Origin: Sedimentisphaerales bacterium
GTDB taxonomy: Bacteria; Planctomycetota; Phycisphaerae; Sedimentisphaerales; Anaerobacaceae
Length of the DNA: 64,000 bases
Assembly: GCA_040772485.1 (NCBI GenBank)
Contig: JAXGYC010000009.1
Location: 416,001-480,000, forward strand
Direction: 5' to 3'
In this document: positions 62,151-64,000 of the stretch, in pieces
Layout: each line of letters starts with the position of its first letter
Numbering within the stretch: the stretch's first letter is position 1
Notes under the pieces: model-generated
Seen by the model: the letters and a program-made list of their open reading frames with translations, nothing else
Databases searched by the model: none
What the model was told of the DNA's origin: nothing
Position numbers and translations under genes: made by a program

Positions 62151-64000
62151 CTACAGGGCGCTTTGTTCGGTGCGGGCGATGATCTCGTTCTGGAGGTCGC
62201 GGCCGAGGTCGACGAAGTAGTCGCTGTAGCCGGCGACGCGGACGATCAGGTCGCGGTTCCGCTCGGGATGCTTCTGGGCCTCGCGGAGCGTTTCGGCGTC
62301 GACGACGTTGAACTGGATGTGGTGGCCGTCGAGCCGGAAGTAGGAGCGGATCAGTTGCGTGAGCTTGTCGAGGCTCTCTTCGCCGTCGAGGACCTGGGGG
62401 TTGAACTTCATGTTGAGCAGGGTCCCGCCGGTGCGGGCGTGGTCCATCTTGGCGGCGGACTTGAGCACGGCCGTGGGACCGTAGCGGTCGGCGCCCTGGA
62501 CGGGCGAGATGCCCTCCGAAAGCGGCAGGCCCGCCTTGCGGCCGTCCGGCGTGGCGCCGATGACCGAGCCGAAGTATACGTGGACCGTCGTCGGAAGGAG
62601 ATTGATGTGGTAGCGACCCCCTTTGGTGTTGGGCCGTCCATCTACGGCGTCGAAGTAGACCTCAAACACCGATCGCATGACGTCGTCGGCGTAGTCGTCG
62701 TCGTTGCCGTACTTGGGGGTCCGTTCCAGGAGAGTCTGCCGCAGCGATTCTTCGCCTTCGAAGTCGCGGCGCAGCGCCGACAGCAGTTGCGACATCGACA
62801 CGCCCTTGTGGTCGAACACATGGCACTTGATGGCCGTCAGCGCATCAGTGATCGTGCCCAGCCCAACGCCTTGAACGTAGTTAGTGTTATAGCGGGCGCC
62901 GCCGTCGTGGTAGTCCTTGCCCTTGGCGATGCAGTCGTCGATCAGGATCGACAGGAACGGGGCGGGCATGTACGTCGCGTAGAGGCGTTCGATGACGTTG
63001 TTGCCCCGCATCTTGATGTCCATCAGATAGTTGAGCTGCTGCCGGTACGCGTCGAAAAGCTGCTCGAAAGTCTCGAAGCGCTCCGGGTCGCCCGTCTGCG
63101 GGCCGAGAAGTCGGCCTGTCCTCGGATCGACACCGTTGTTCAACGTCAGCTCCAGGACTTTGGGCAGGTTGAAGTATCCGGTCAGGATGTAGCTCTCCTT
63201 GCCGAACGCGCCGACCTCGACGCAGCCGCTGGAGCCGCCGTTGCGGGCGTCGGCCACGGACTTGCCCATGCGGACCAGCTCCTGGACGATCAGATCGCAG
63301 TTGAACACCGAAGGCTGGCCGAACCCGGTGCGGATGATCTTCGTCGCCCGCTTGATGAACCGGTCGGGGTTCTTCTTGCTGACCTGGATGGAGGAGCTGG
63401 GCTGGACGAGCCGCATCTCCTCGATCACGTCGAGCACGAGGAACGTCACCTCGTTGACGCCGTCGGAGCCGTCCTCTTTCAGGCCGCCGTTGTTGATCTG
63501 GGCGAAGTCGGTGTATGTGCCGCTCTCGGCGGCGGTGACGCCCACCTTGGGCGGGGCCGGCTGATTGTTGAACTTCACCCAGAAGCACTGAAGCAGCTCG
63601 CGGGCGTGCTCGGCGGTCAGCGTTCCGGCGTCGAGCCCTCGCCGGTAGAACGGATAGAGGTGCTGGTCCAGGCGGCCCGGGTTGAACGAGTCCCACGGGT
63701 TCATCTCGGTAGTCACGCCGAGATGGACGAACCAGTAATACTGAAGCGCTTCCCAGAAGTCGCGCGGCGCGTGGGCCGGAACGTGCGAGCAGACTTGGGC
63801 GATCCGCTCCAACTCCGCTTTTCGCTGCGGATCGGACTCCCGCTTCGCCATCTCGCGGGCCTTCTCGGCGTGACGCTCGGCGAAGCGGATCAGCGCATCG
63901 GCGCAGATGCGCATCGCCTTGAGCTGTTCCTGCCTGGCGTAGGCCTGCGGATCGTTGAGGTAGTCCAGGCTGTCGAGACTGCGCTGGATGTCCTGCTGGA
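62151..64000 (-). CDS. hypD: Glycyl radical enzyme, trans-4-hydroxy-L-proline dehydratase-like (5' part outside window)
   Basis: RVAGYS glycyl-radical loop, SGCVE thiyl loop, NPWD..PGRLDQHL, ESGTYTDF, FGKESYILTGY resembling HypD. The frame stays open to the window edge. Confidence 0.75.
   Translation of the reverse strand, partial: QQDIQRSLDSLDYLNDPQAYARQEQLKAMRICADALIRFAERHAEKAREMAKRESDPQRKAELERIAQVCSHVPAHAPRDFWEALQYYWFVHLGVTTEMNPWDSFNPGRLDQHLYPFYRRGLDAGTLTAEHARELLQCFWVKFNNQPAPPKVGVTAAESGTYTDFAQINNGGLKEDGSDGVNEVTFLVLDVIEEMRLVQPSSSIQVSKKNPDRFIKRATKIIRTGFGQPSVFNCDLIVQELVRMGKSVADARNGGSSGCVEVGAFGKESYILTGYFNLPKVLELTLNNGVDPRTGRLLGPQTGDPERFETFEQLFDAYRQQLNYLMDIKMRGNNVIERLYATYMPAPFLSILIDDCIAKGKDYHDGGARYNTNYVQGVGLGTITDALTAIKCHVFDHKGVSMSQLLSALRRDFEGEESLRQTLLERTPKYGNDDDYADDVMRSVFEVYFDAVDGRPNTKGGRYHINLLPTTVHVYFGSVIGATPDGRKAGLPLSEGISPVQGADRYGPTAVLKSAAKMDHARTGGTLLNMKFNPQVLDGEESLDKLTQLIRSYFRLDGHHIQFNVVDAETLREAQKHPERNRDLIVRVAGYSDYFVDLGRDLQNEIIARTEQSAL

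Noticed and set aside
62151..64000. Pyruvate formate-lyase (pflB) call
   Set aside because: Has a single-Cys GCVE loop rather than the adjacent Cys-Cys of PFL.

Overview
High-GC bacterial window whose gene repertoire (MoxR/DUF58/BatA/DUF4159 operon, lamin-tail/CotH protein, tandem PQQ-like propellers, LamG-type secreted protein) suggests a planctomycete, probably Phycisphaerae/Sedimentisphaerales (inference). From left to right: an IS3-family element end that truncates a MASE3 sensor gene; an 8-gene MoxR-vWA operon; an LTD-CotH protein; GATase and MFS genes; a TetR-regulated RND efflux operon; galM; a MarR/cupin/AraC block; three PQQ-like propeller genes; a five-gene terpenoid-type operon; MarR with a DUF6132-thioredoxin; an MBL hydrolase; a GH2 beta-galactosidase; a phosphoesterase; a LamG protein; an acetylesterase; and a PepP/SSS/peptidase/HypD-like block split by higBA. 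The best candidate for an undescribed system is the operon at 38032-45047: a Fe-S ferredoxin, a radical SAM enzyme resembling archaeal tetraether ring synthases (Grs/Gms), a DUF116-polyprenyl synthase fusion, a prenyltransferase-beta-like protein and a DXDD class II terpene cyclase, with no squalene synthesis genes in the window. A second strong signal is that at least four families of palindromic REP/REPIN-like repeats sit in-frame inside apparently intact genes. All family assignments come from motif recognition only; no database searches were run.
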